Translations under genes and position numbers: made by a program
Notes under the pieces: model-generated
Told to the model about the DNA's origin: nothing
The model's input: the letters and a program-made list of their open reading frames with translations, nothing else
Databases searched by the model: none
Assembly: GCA_947311495.1 (NCBI GenBank)
Contig: CAMZLG010000043.1
Span: 1-61,226, forward strand
From: an uncultured Zetaproteobacteria bacterium
Lineage (GTDB): Bacteria > Pseudomonadota > Zetaproteobacteria > Mariprofundales > Mariprofundaceae
DNA length: 61,226 nt
Direction: 5' to 3'
Shown here: piece by piece, positions 1 through 8,961 of the stretch
Layout of the letters: each line of letters opens with the position of its first letter
Numbering within the stretch: position 1 is the first letter of the stretch

Positions 1-624
1 CTGCGCTGCCAAATCATCATGGTTAATCCGCCCCGCCGCCGCGATCAACACATTGTCACCACGGTAGTGCTGATTGAGATAATCGCGCAAATCTTGCACT
101 AAAAAGTTAGACAATGTTTGCTGCGAACCAAGCACAGGTTTCGCCATACTATGCCCAGCAAACACTTGCGAAATATGCTGTTCATAGACCCATTCATCAG
201 GGTTATCATCCACCATGCTCATTTCTGCGAAAATCACTTCGCGTTCCCGCCGCCATTCATCTTCTGGCAGGGCAGGGTTGAGCAACATATCTGAAATCAA
301 ACCAAGGGCTTCTTGCCAGTCTTCAAACAACACATGGGTGTGAAAACAAGTGCGTTCTTTGCTGGTAAAGGCATTGGCATGGCCACCCAAAGCATCCAAG
401 CTCTCTGCAAGCTGATGCACATCCAACTTATCCGTGCCTTTGAATACCATGTGTTCCAAAGCATGGGCAATACCTGCTTGTTCAGGCATTTCATCGCGGC
501 TACCGACATCGATAAATATACCAATCGCCACACTTTGCGCGTTAGGTAAGTTCCGTGAAGCAATCGTTACACCGTTGCTCAGCTCTGTTTTGTCAAAAAA
601 GTTATTGTTCTCTGTTTGCATCAT
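1..624 (-). CDS. M16 (pitrilysin) family zinc peptidase, runs off the window start
   Basis: Manual translation from ATG 624 (AGGTGA RBS): MMQTENNNFFDKTELSNGVTIASRNLPNAQSVAIGIFIDVGSRDE..GIAHALEHMVFKG, with the inverted HxxEH zinc motif. Not in the ORF track because it is truncated. Confidence 0.9.
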   Translation of the reverse strand, partial: MMQTENNNFFDKTELSNGVTIASRNLPNAQSVAIGIFIDVGSRDEMPEQAGIAHALEHMVFKGTDKLDVHQLAESLDALGGHANAFTSKERTCFHTHVLFEDWQEALGLISDMLLNPALPEDEWRREREVIFAEMSMVDDNPDEWVYEQHISQVFAGHSMAKPVLGSQQTLSNFLVQDLRDYLNQHYRGDNVLIAAAGRINHDDLAAQ

Positions 625-732
625 TCACCTTGTCTTGATTTGGGCTCGACATCCTGCGTTTCCTCACCCTATGAAGCAAGCTTGACCATCCACCTAACCT
701 TGGGCAAAGTCTCATACTAAATAGGAGTGAAC

Positions 733-1098
733 ATGAGTGAGCAAGGCGAATTAGAAGTTCAACCACAACAAGACTTGAGAGAACTCAAAACCATCACCAC
801 CATTGTTTATGCCTTACAAGCTGTTTCCTTTTTTGTTGGCATCACTTTTATTGCTGCAGTCATCCTCAACTATGTTAAAAAAGAAGATGTGCAAGGCACA
901 TGGCTAGCATCCCATTTTCGCTGGCAAATTCGCACCTTTTGGTATGGTTTGATGTGGGGTGTTCTGGGTGTTATCACCTTTGTTTTGGTCGTGGGTTATT
1001 TCATCCTTATTACCAATGCTATTTGGATTGTTTACCGCATTATCAAAGGTTGGCTGCGTTTATCCGAAGGCAAGGAAATGTATCCAAATCAAGCATGA
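733..1098 (+). CDS. DUF4870-like small membrane protein
   Basis: Three hydrophobic segments and SHFRWQIRTFW motif; AGGAG RBS upstream of ATG 733. Confidence 0.75.
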   Translation: MSEQGELEVQPQQDLRELKTITTIVYALQAVSFFVGITFIAAVILNYVKKEDVQGTWLASHFRWQIRTFWYGLMWGVLGVITFVLVVGYFILITNAIWIVYRIIKGWLRLSEGKEMYPNQA

Positions 1099-1355
1099 AA
1101 ACTGTTTATGAAGCCAGCCAGTTGGGTGAAGCGCATATCATCAAACATTTATTGGAACGCGCATCTCTGCACCCCATCGTCCACGGCGAATATCTACAAG
1201 GTGGTGTGGGTGAAATTGCTCCATCAGGTTTACTGAAGGTTGTTGTGGCTATTGATGAATACGATGAAGCCAAAAGTATTATTGAGGCATGGGATGAAGC
1301 CGAATGGGATGAAAATGCTTGGCAGACTGAAATTGATGAAGTGGGTAAAGCTTAA
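1095..1355 (+). CDS. DUF2007-like putative signal-transducing protein
   Basis: ATGA overlap with upstream stop; EAHIIKHLL..GEYLQGGVGE pattern. Confidence 0.7.
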   Translation: MKTVYEASQLGEAHIIKHLLERASLHPIVHGEYLQGGVGEIAPSGLLKVVVAIDEYDEAKSIIEAWDEAEWDENAWQTEIDEVGKA

Positions 1356-1359
1356 TTAA

Positions 1360-2085
1360 CTATCTCACCTTAAACTGATGTCGCTCCACTTCAATATCAC
1401 CATTCACACTGACAGAAATCCGACTATCACCCGATGATAATGCGGGTGCTGCATCCATAGACTTTGCCATCATCGGCATTTCACTCCGATACATAGGTTG
1501 TGGCGAATATGAATTGCCCGTATTCAAATGACGAATATAAAAAGATTTGGCATCCAAAGCTTTGCTCACTGTCTCCGCTTTCAGGCGAAACTGCTTAATC
1601 GCTTGAATACGCAACGCTTCTTGCGTGCTTCTGCGCAAACCATCACTGATTCTAAAGCTTAAGCTTTGAAGATTTGCACCTGCTTTCTCAATAATGTTTA
1701 ACCAACGCGGTACGTCATCGAGGTTTTTACTCGTAATCACACCTGTCTGCACCACAACCCAACCATCACGCACACGGTTGTATTGATTGGGTTTCCAAAT
1801 CGGGTTCACACTACGACTTGATGTTTTGAGCTTCACGCCTTTCTCTTTGGCTAGGCTCTTTTTAATGTCACCGCTCATCTGATTCACACGCTGGCGCAAC
1901 GCATCAAGTTTTTTACCGCGCTCTTCCACACGAAAGCGAATCATCACTTCATCATTGGCGACTTCAATGGTTGCCGCAGCAGATAAGGAGACAACCGTGC
2001 CTTTGAGCTTAACATCAGAAGGTTCAGCAAATGCTTGAACCATAAAACTACATAAAACAAGTGGGGCTACATATAATATCTTCAT
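1360..2085 (-). CDS. SIMPL domain (DUF541) periplasmic protein
   Basis: Signal peptide; typical SIMPL layout ending with APALSSGDSRISVSVNG. Confidence 0.8.
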   Translation of the reverse strand: MKILYVAPLVLCSFMVQAFAEPSDVKLKGTVVSLSAAATIEVANDEVMIRFRVEERGKKLDALRQRVNQMSGDIKKSLAKEKGVKLKTSSRSVNPIWKPNQYNRVRDGWVVVQTGVITSKNLDDVPRWLNIIEKAGANLQSLSFRISDGLRRSTQEALRIQAIKQFRLKAETVSKALDAKSFYIRHLNTGNSYSPQPMYRSEMPMMAKSMDAAPALSSGDSRISVSVNGDIEVERHQFKVR

Positions 2086-2121
2086 AGGCTATGTCTAACA
2101 AAACCTATACGTTTAAGCAAC

Positions 2122-2148
2122 AAAAAAGGCTCCCCAAAGGGAGCCTTT
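2122..2148 (-). terminator. Rho-independent terminator after mscS
   Basis: AAAAAAGGCTCCC-CAAA-GGGAGCCTTT stem; U-tract on the minus strand. Confidence 0.8.
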
Positions 2149-2168
2149 CATCAGTGAAACAGGAGGAG

Positions 2169-2981
2169 TTACTCTGATTTGGTATGCACATCCATTTGTG
2201 GATATGGAATAGATATTTTATTCTCATCAAAGGTCAATTTAACCTTTTCTGTGACGTCAAACAAAACGCCCCAATAATCGCCACTTTTCACCCAAGGGCG
2301 AACATTAAAGTTCACACTTGAATCAGCCAGTTCAGCTACTGCAACCAATGGTGCAGGCTCTTTCAAAATGCGCTCATCCGCAGCCAAAATTTCGTTCAAT
2401 AAGTCTTTCGCTTTTTTGATGTCATCGTCGTAACCAATGCCAAACACCATATCAATACGACGTGTATCACGCGCTGAATTATTGGTGATTGTGCCACCAT
2501 AAATCGCACCGTTTGGTACAATCACTTCACGGTTATCACCAGTTTTCATGATGGTGTTAAAAATCGTGATTTTCTCAACCACACCCGTGCTTCCGCCAGC
2601 TTCAACAAAATCGCCAAGTTTGAATGGTTTGAATAGAATCAACATCACGCCTGCTGCAAAGTTTTGCAGTGTGCTTTGAAGTGACAAACCAATTGCCAAA
2701 CCTGCTGCACCAATCAATGCGATAAACGATGTGGTATCCACACCCAATTGATTCAATGCGGCAATAACGATAAACAGCATCAATACTGCTTTGGTGATTG
2801 AGCAAACGAAATTCGTTAGCATTTCATCCGTACCTGCTTTTCCAAGCAATTTACGCACGATATTAACAATAATACCTGCCACGATGCGACCAATGATAAA
2901 GATGGCAACTGCCATACCGATATTAATCGCCCATGGGATAATATAATCGCTCATGATGCCTTCCATATTTGATGTATCCAT
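2169..2981 (-). CDS. mscS: Small-conductance mechanosensitive channel
   Basis: GAAGLAIGLSLQ TM3 motif, KPFKLGDFVE, IPYPQMDVH. Confidence 0.93.
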   Translation of the reverse strand: MDTSNMEGIMSDYIIPWAINIGMAVAIFIIGRIVAGIIVNIVRKLLGKAGTDEMLTNFVCSITKAVLMLFIVIAALNQLGVDTTSFIALIGAAGLAIGLSLQSTLQNFAAGVMLILFKPFKLGDFVEAGGSTGVVEKITIFNTIMKTGDNREVIVPNGAIYGGTITNNSARDTRRIDMVFGIGYDDDIKKAKDLLNEILAADERILKEPAPLVAVAELADSSVNFNVRPWVKSGDYWGVLFDVTEKVKLTFDENKISIPYPQMDVHTKSE

Positions 2982-3117
2982 ATTTCCTCTCCCCTTTTTA
3001 AGTATCTCTTAAAAAAAAACATATTTTAATTCATGAAGCGGCATAGTACAATCACCCGTTGGAAAAGGTTGTAACAAATATTACAATCACACAAGCTATG
3101 AAAACTTGGAGGTTCAT

Positions 3118-3504
3118 ATGAAATACATCGTCAACACAATAAAAGGTATCAATCAAGCAGCCCAAGACTTAAAAGAAGCCGTTTTAAATCATAGTTTTGG
3201 CGTATTGCACATCCATGATCTTAAAGCCACCATGAACAAAAAAGGCGTGCCGTTTGAACATGAGTGCCGTGTATTTGAGGTGTGTAACCCCAAGAAAGCT
3301 GCTGAAGTATTAGCTGAAGATATAAGCATGAACATGGCTCTTCCCTGCCGTATTTCGGTGTGGGAAGAGGATGGTCAAACTAAAATTGGTATGATTAACC
3401 CTAAACCTATGCTTGAAATGTTGTCGCAATCGAAAGCCTTAACCCAAGTTGCTGATGATGTCCAACAAACACTCACCGCTATTATTGATGAGGCAGCCGC
3501 TTAA
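3118..3504 (+). CDS. DUF302 domain protein
   Basis: FEVCNP and ALPCRISVWE motifs; GGAGG RBS. Confidence 0.85.
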   Translation: MKYIVNTIKGINQAAQDLKEAVLNHSFGVLHIHDLKATMNKKGVPFEHECRVFEVCNPKKAAEVLAEDISMNMALPCRISVWEEDGQTKIGMINPKPMLEMLSQSKALTQVADDVQQTLTAIIDEAAA

Positions 3505-3525
3505 AGTCTAATTAAAACGCTACCA

Positions 3526-4692
3526 TTAAACCAAAAATGATGCGGAAATATCATCCGCAAGGCTTAGTCCTGTTGATGTCAGCCGTAAATGCTGCGCAAC
3601 AACTTCCAAATAACCTTGAGACTGCCATTGTTGAACCAACAAGGGATAAGTTTCAAGTAATGGTTGGTCAAACCTTTGGTTAAACCAATTCAAGTCTATG
3701 CCTTGTGTTTGACGCAAACCCAGCCATACCGCTTCACCCATGGCTTGGTCTGCGCGCAAATGCTCATCACTGTTGACTGCTAAACCATGTTTAAGTGCAG
3801 CTTCGATATAAGTGCTTGGACTGCGGATATTGCTATAGCGAAGCACGCCAGCATTTGACGTATCCCACTTGCCTGCCGCCCCTGCACCAATGCCGATATA
3901 ATCATCATACAACCAATACCCACGGTTATGCCTACATGCTTCACCATCCTGCGCAAAGTTAGATATTTCATACGCCGCATAACCCGCTTCTCCCAGGCGA
4001 TTTCGCGTTTGCCAAAAGAAATCCAATGCCAAGTCTTCATCTGGCAATGACAACTTTTGTTTTTGATGGGTGACATGCAATGCAGTATGCGGCTCAACGG
4101 TGAGTTGATAACAGGACAAGTGTTCAGGTGCTAAAGCCAGACCTTTTTCCAAAGATACAAACCATTCATCCAATTTTTGGTGCGGTAAGGCATACATCAA
4201 ATCAAGGTTGATATGATTAAACCCAACCTCGCGTGCCATATCATAAGCCTTGATGGCCTCATCGGCTGAATGGATGCGCTCAAGCCATTTGAGTTCTGTG
4301 TTGTTAAAACTCTGCACACCAATGGATAAACGATTGATACCTGCATCATGATAAGCTTTAAAACGCCCTGCTTCACTAGCGCCGGGATTAGCTTCAAGCG
4401 TAATTTCAATATCATCTGAGAAAGAAAAATCAGTAGCAGCTTGATTCAAGACATCCTCGAATAAACGTGCTGGTGCTAGTGATGGTGTACCTCCACCGAA
4501 GAAAATACTATGAATTTTACGCCCTTGAAACTGAGGTTGCGCTGCATAATATTTTAGCTCGGCAAGCAATGCTTTGGTATAATCCAACCAAGGTGGTTCA
4601 GCAAACACATGCGAATTAAAATCACAATAATGACATTTATGCAGGCAAAATGGTGTGTGTACGTATAAGCGTAGCGGCGATTGATGGTTTAT
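3526..4692 (-). CDS. hemW: Radical SAM heme chaperone HemW; probable ATA start
   Basis: In-frame extension gives LYVHTPFCLHKCHYCDFNS (CxxxCxxC), plus GGGTPS, YEISNF and HNRGYW. The ORF-track start at 4608 omits the cysteine motif. Confidence 0.88.
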   Translation of the reverse strand: MNHQSPLRLYVHTPFCLHKCHYCDFNSHVFAEPPWLDYTKALLAELKYYAAQPQFQGRKIHSIFFGGGTPSLAPARLFEDVLNQAATDFSFSDDIEITLEANPGASEAGRFKAYHDAGINRLSIGVQSFNNTELKWLERIHSADEAIKAYDMAREVGFNHINLDLMYALPHQKLDEWFVSLEKGLALAPEHLSCYQLTVEPHTALHVTHQKQKLSLPDEDLALDFFWQTRNRLGEAGYAAYEISNFAQDGEACRHNRGYWLYDDYIGIGAGAAGKWDTSNAGVLRYSNIRSPSTYIEAALKHGLAVNSDEHLRADQAMGEAVWLGLRQTQGIDLNWFNQRFDQPLLETYPLLVQQWQSQGYLEVVAQHLRLTSTGLSLADDISASFLV

Positions 4693-6209
4693 TGGAGTAC
4701 AACCTCATAGCGGTCAGATGAAAAGGTTTCATCATGTTTAAAGCTGATTTCTTTGCCCAAAAAGGTTTCCAATTGCGTGACCATTTCATTTTCTTCACCC
4801 AACAACAAATCAATCAGTTTGGGATGCGCAATCACCATCAGTTTTTCGCTAGGATAAGCTCTGGCTTCTGCCACCACTTCACGGAACAATTGATAACAAA
4901 CCGTTTGCATACTTTTGGTCAGCCCTGTGCTGTCGCAATGTCTGCATTCTATTTGCAGCATACGCCCCAAGGAGTCGCGTGTGCGTTTGCGCGTGAGCTG
5001 CACCAAACCAAGCTCCGTAAAGGGTAAGGCATGATTTTTGGTTTTGTCGCGCATTAACGCTTCTTCAAGAACTTCCATCACCTTGTTTTGATTGGCTTCA
5101 TCTAACATATCAATAAAATCAATCACAATGATACCACCCAAGTTACGTAGCCTTAGCTGATGCACCACCTCGTGCACCGCTTCCAAATTGGTTTTGAAGC
5201 TGGTTTCTTCAAGGTTTCGCGATCCTACAAATGAACCTGAATTCACATCAATGGCTATCAAAGCTTCAGCTTGGTCAATCACAATCGAGCCACCCGATTT
5301 CAAATCTACTTTTCGTTTCAATGCACGATTGATTTCTTCTTCAACACCGTACACATCAAAAATGGGGCGACTGCCTGGGTAATAATACAAACGGTCACTC
5401 ACTTCTGGCATAAACCGCTGCGCAAAGGTTTTCATGTTTTCATAGGCTTCTTTGGAATCAATGTAGATTTTATCCACTTCATCATCCACAAAATCACGCA
5501 TTACCTTGAGGTATAAGTTCAACTCTGTATGAATCATGGTTTTCGGCGCTGTTTTTTGTCTGCGCTCATCAATATCCTGCCAAAGCCGTTCTAAAAACTT
5601 CAAATCCTGTTCCAACTCTTGCTGGGAATGTCCTTCAGCCACGGTACGGATAATCACACCACAATTTTCAGAACGAATACCCTCTGCAATATCCAACAAA
5701 CGTGTGCGCTCACCCTCATCTTCCAAGCGTCTTGCAATGCCAACATGGTCAAGATCTGGCAAATGGACAAGGTAGCGACCTGCTAGGCTTACCATCGCCG
5801 TTAAGCGTGGACCTTTGGAAGAAATCGGCTCACGCGAGACTTGTACCAAAATTTCTTGCCCTTCCCGCAAAAGCTGCCCAATAGGTGCAATGTTTTGGCG
5901 GTAACCCACATTCAAGGAAGTTTCATCACAATCTTTGGTTTCCGCTTCATCTTCATCATCAATAATTTCGTTTTCAAGACGTGCGCCGGGAATATCGCCT
6001 GCATACAAAAAACCTGCCCGCTCCAAACCAATGTCCACAAAAGCTGCCTGAATACCGGGGATGACACGTTGCACTTTACCCACATACATATTCCCACGTA
6101 AACCTTTGCCACGTGTGCGCTCAATATATAATTCTTCCGCCCGCCCATTTTCTACCCGTGCTATACGCGTTTCAAAGGGTGCAACATTGACCAATAATTC
6201 CGTGCTCAT
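4689..6209 (-). CDS. rng: Ribonuclease G (Rne/Rng family)
   Basis: S1 domain, AFVDIG, IDVNSG, LRNLGGIIVIDFIDM, CxxC zinc link. Confidence 0.93.
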   Translation of the reverse strand: MSTELLVNVAPFETRIARVENGRAEELYIERTRGKGLRGNMYVGKVQRVIPGIQAAFVDIGLERAGFLYAGDIPGARLENEIIDDEDEAETKDCDETSLNVGYRQNIAPIGQLLREGQEILVQVSREPISSKGPRLTAMVSLAGRYLVHLPDLDHVGIARRLEDEGERTRLLDIAEGIRSENCGVIIRTVAEGHSQQELEQDLKFLERLWQDIDERRQKTAPKTMIHTELNLYLKVMRDFVDDEVDKIYIDSKEAYENMKTFAQRFMPEVSDRLYYYPGSRPIFDVYGVEEEINRALKRKVDLKSGGSIVIDQAEALIAIDVNSGSFVGSRNLEETSFKTNLEAVHEVVHQLRLRNLGGIIVIDFIDMLDEANQNKVMEVLEEALMRDKTKNHALPFTELGLVQLTRKRTRDSLGRMLQIECRHCDSTGLTKSMQTVCYQLFREVVAEARAYPSEKLMVIAHPKLIDLLLGEENEMVTQLETFLGKEISFKHDETFSSDRYEVVLQ

Positions 6210-6781
6210 CTGTTTTCTACCTCACGCCGAACTTTAGCAATTAAAGCAAGTGTTGTCGCAACTGGCAAACCAATCACATTATCCAGCGCACCTTCAATAC
6301 CTGTGATAAACCCTGACGCACCACCTTGAATCGCATAAGCACCCGCTTTATCCAGAATGTCATTATGCTGCACATACACCTCAATTTCTGCTGCGCTTAT
6401 GTCACAAAAGCAAACTTCTGTTGTCACAGTTTCAAGCCGATACACATCATCCAAACGCACGCAAACCGTGGTGTGCACCTGATGTTTTTGCCCCGATAGC
6501 TTTTTAATCATGCTTTGGGCTTCTACCAAATCTTGCGGCTGCCCCAAAGCTTCATCACCCAGTGCAACTAACGTATCGGCTGCCACAACGGGTATATCTT
6601 TTTGCCCTTGAATATCACATGCCGCTGCTTTTTCTTGGCATAACCTTTGTGTCATGGCTTGCACTGATTCACCAGCCAACGGTGTTTCGTCAATATGACT
6701 TGGGCGCACATTCACAACAAGCCCAGCTGCCTCCAATAAAAATAATCGCCTTGGCGATTGTGATGCTAAAATAATATCCAT
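6206..6781 (-). CDS. maf: Maf nucleotide pyrophosphatase
   Basis: LASQSPRR, ADT, DKAGAYAIQG; sits upstream of rng. Confidence 0.92.
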   Translation of the reverse strand: MDIILASQSPRRLFLLEAAGLVVNVRPSHIDETPLAGESVQAMTQRLCQEKAAACDIQGQKDIPVVAADTLVALGDEALGQPQDLVEAQSMIKKLSGQKHQVHTTVCVRLDDVYRLETVTTEVCFCDISAAEIEVYVQHNDILDKAGAYAIQGGASGFITGIEGALDNVIGLPVATTLALIAKVRREVENR

Positions 6782-6895
6782 GCTGCCAAACCTAATCGCA
6801 ATCTTAGCCTAATGATATACCAAGCAAAACTTACGCTTGCAGCACATAGCCATAACCTTTAGAAATCGCGGCTCAATAAGAAACAGGGGAAAGAA

Positions 6896-7270
6896 ATGAA
6901 AAAGACATTGATGATTGCTGCAACATCTGCATTCTTAATCAGCGGTTTTGCTGCAACCGAAGCAGTGGCTGGCGCTGAAAAGAAATGTGCTGCATGCCAT
7001 AATTTTACCAACAAAGGCAAAGTAGGCCCTGGTCTTTTGGGTGTTTTTGGTCGCAAAGCAGGTACATCTGGCTTCAAAAAACATTCCAAAGCTTTGAAAA
7101 GTGCGGATTGGACATGGGATGAAGAACATCTTCGTGCTTGGATTTGCAACTCGAAAAAAGCTGTGAAAGAATTTACTGGCAACAAGAAAGCCAAAACAAA
7201 AATGCCTCCACAAAAAGTGTGTGGTGAAAAAGGCGATGAAATTATCGCTTTCTTGAAAAACCTGAAATAG
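6896..7270 (+). CDS. Class I monoheme cytochrome c (c2-like)
   Basis: Signal peptide, CAACH, GKVGPGLLGVFGRKAG, TKMP distal Met. Confidence 0.9.
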   Translation: MKKTLMIAATSAFLISGFAATEAVAGAEKKCAACHNFTNKGKVGPGLLGVFGRKAGTSGFKKHSKALKSADWTWDEEHLRAWICNSKKAVKEFTGNKKAKTKMPPQKVCGEKGDEIIAFLKNLK

Positions 7271-7288
7271 GCTTTTCTCACCCTTTAC

Positions 7289-7317
7289 AAAGGCGGCTCA
7301 ATGAGTCGCCTTTTTTT
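7289..7317 (+). terminator. Rho-independent terminator after the cytochrome c gene
   Basis: AAAGGCGGCTC-AAT-GAGTCGCCTTTTTTT. Confidence 0.85.
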
Positions 7318-7329
7318 ATTGTGTCTGTT

Positions 7330-7854
7330 TTATTTAAGCGTCAGCGGCAAACCTGCCGCGACAAAAAGCACATGGTCTGCGACCTCTGCAACCGCCTGAT
7401 TTAAGCGCCCTTGTTCATCGCAAAATTGTCGCCCGAGGCTAGACTCTGCCACCAAACCCATACCCACTTCATTAGATACTAACACCACGTCACCCGCATA
7501 AGCTGTTAACATTTTGCAAAGGTTATCCACTTCTGCCATCACGTCTTTTTCTGCAAACATAAGATTACTCAACCACAGCGTTAAACAATCAACCAAGATA
7601 AGTTCGGTTTGATGTTGCTCACCATCGAGAGCGCCCACCAAATCCAAGGGCTCTTCAATCACTTGCCAATGTTGTGGTCGCTGTTGCTGATGTTTAACAA
7701 TGCGCGACTGCCACTCGGCATCCTCTTCATAACGCGGAGCCGTCGCTAGATAACATACAGCTTTGCCACTCTCTTTTGCCAATGTCTCAGCCAAGCGGGA
7801 TTTTCCGCTCCTAGCTCCACCCAGCAGCAATGTTACTGGCACAACTGCACCCAT
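7330..7854 (-). CDS. cobU: Adenosylcobinamide kinase / guanylyltransferase
   Basis: GGARSGKS, DCLTLWLSN, VSNEVGMG, AGLPL. Confidence 0.93.
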   Translation of the reverse strand: MGAVVPVTLLLGGARSGKSRLAETLAKESGKAVCYLATAPRYEEDAEWQSRIVKHQQQRPQHWQVIEEPLDLVGALDGEQHQTELILVDCLTLWLSNLMFAEKDVMAEVDNLCKMLTAYAGDVVLVSNEVGMGLVAESSLGRQFCDEQGRLNQAVAEVADHVLFVAAGLPLTLK

Positions 7855-7969
7855 GTTTTATGATTTTTTTTCATAAGCCCAACTGTACAACATATCAAAA
7901 GACTAGCCATACGCTTTTTTGTTGCCAGTCTGCTTAGCGCTGTTTGATCATTCTTGATTTGGAGATGCC

Positions 7970-8881
7970 ATGCCCATAAGCCTTGCATATTTTGGTGTTG
8001 TTCTGATTTGGAGCACCACTCCGCTCGGTATTGCTTGGAGCGGTCAAGCCGCTGGTTTCACCTTTGGTCTGGCTGGGCGTATGGTCTTGGGTCTGGCGCT
8101 TATTTTTATCTTTGCTGCCATGATGGGCAAAAAAGTTGTTTGGCATAAACGTGCGCGAGTGGCTTATCTGTATGGCGGCTTGGGATTATACGGTGGCATG
8201 GAGTTGGTCTATTGGGGAGCACAGTTTATCCCTTCAGGTTGGGTCTCATTACTCTTTGGTTTAACCCCCATCATCACCGCCATTATGGCATCGTGGTGGC
8301 TTGAAGGTGAGCTGTTAACCCGCGCTCGAATCATTGGTATGTCCTTAGGTTTCATAGGTTTATTGGTTATTTTTGGTCAGAGCTTAGCTTGGAGCGATGC
8401 GGCTATCTATGGTGTGTGCGGTGTACTGGCATCAGGTACAGTCCATGCCGCGTCTGCAATTTGGGTAAAGCGCGTAAAAGCTGAAATCTCTGGCATCAGC
8501 ATGACCGCTGGCACACTCTGTGTTGCCACGCCACTCTTCGTGCTGACTTGGCTCATCTCGCAACCCGACTTCAACACACTTTGGCACACACTAAACATAG
8601 CACCAAGTCATACTGTGTGGGCAATTTTATACCTTGCGCTCTTTGGTTCCGTGTTTGGATTTTCTTTATACTTCCATATTTTAAAACATGTGGAAGCAAC
8701 CCGCGTAGCTTTGATTGCATTGATGACACCTGTCATTTCACTCATTCTAGGACATTTCCTAAATCACGAGCCCATCACATTCAATATCATCTTGGGTGCA
8801 AGCTTGATTGTGTCGGGTTTAGCCGTATTTGAACTGGGCGACAAACCGCTGCCCAAATGGATTCCTTTTCGCCCCAATTAA
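7970..8881 (+). CDS. DMT/EamA family transporter
   Basis: About ten TM segments in two EamA-like repeats; IWSTTPL motif. Confidence 0.85.
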   Translation: MPISLAYFGVVLIWSTTPLGIAWSGQAAGFTFGLAGRMVLGLALIFIFAAMMGKKVVWHKRARVAYLYGGLGLYGGMELVYWGAQFIPSGWVSLLFGLTPIITAIMASWWLEGELLTRARIIGMSLGFIGLLVIFGQSLAWSDAAIYGVCGVLASGTVHAASAIWVKRVKAEISGISMTAGTLCVATPLFVLTWLISQPDFNTLWHTLNIAPSHTVWAILYLALFGSVFGFSLYFHILKHVEATRVALIALMTPVISLILGHFLNHEPITFNIILGASLIVSGLAVFELGDKPLPKWIPFRPN

Positions 8882-8961
8882 AAAATTCTATTTATTTGTG
8901 GTAATTTCCAACCAAAGCTATATATTTATTGGTTCAATTCGTGGGGACGGAGGATATAACC

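Noticed and set aside
297-685. Short ORFs listed at the window start
   Set aside because: They are alternative frames of the M16 peptidase gene at 1-624 on the minus strand.
7855-7969. Cobalamin riboswitch upstream of cobU
   Set aside because: The region is too short and shows no recognisable B12-box.
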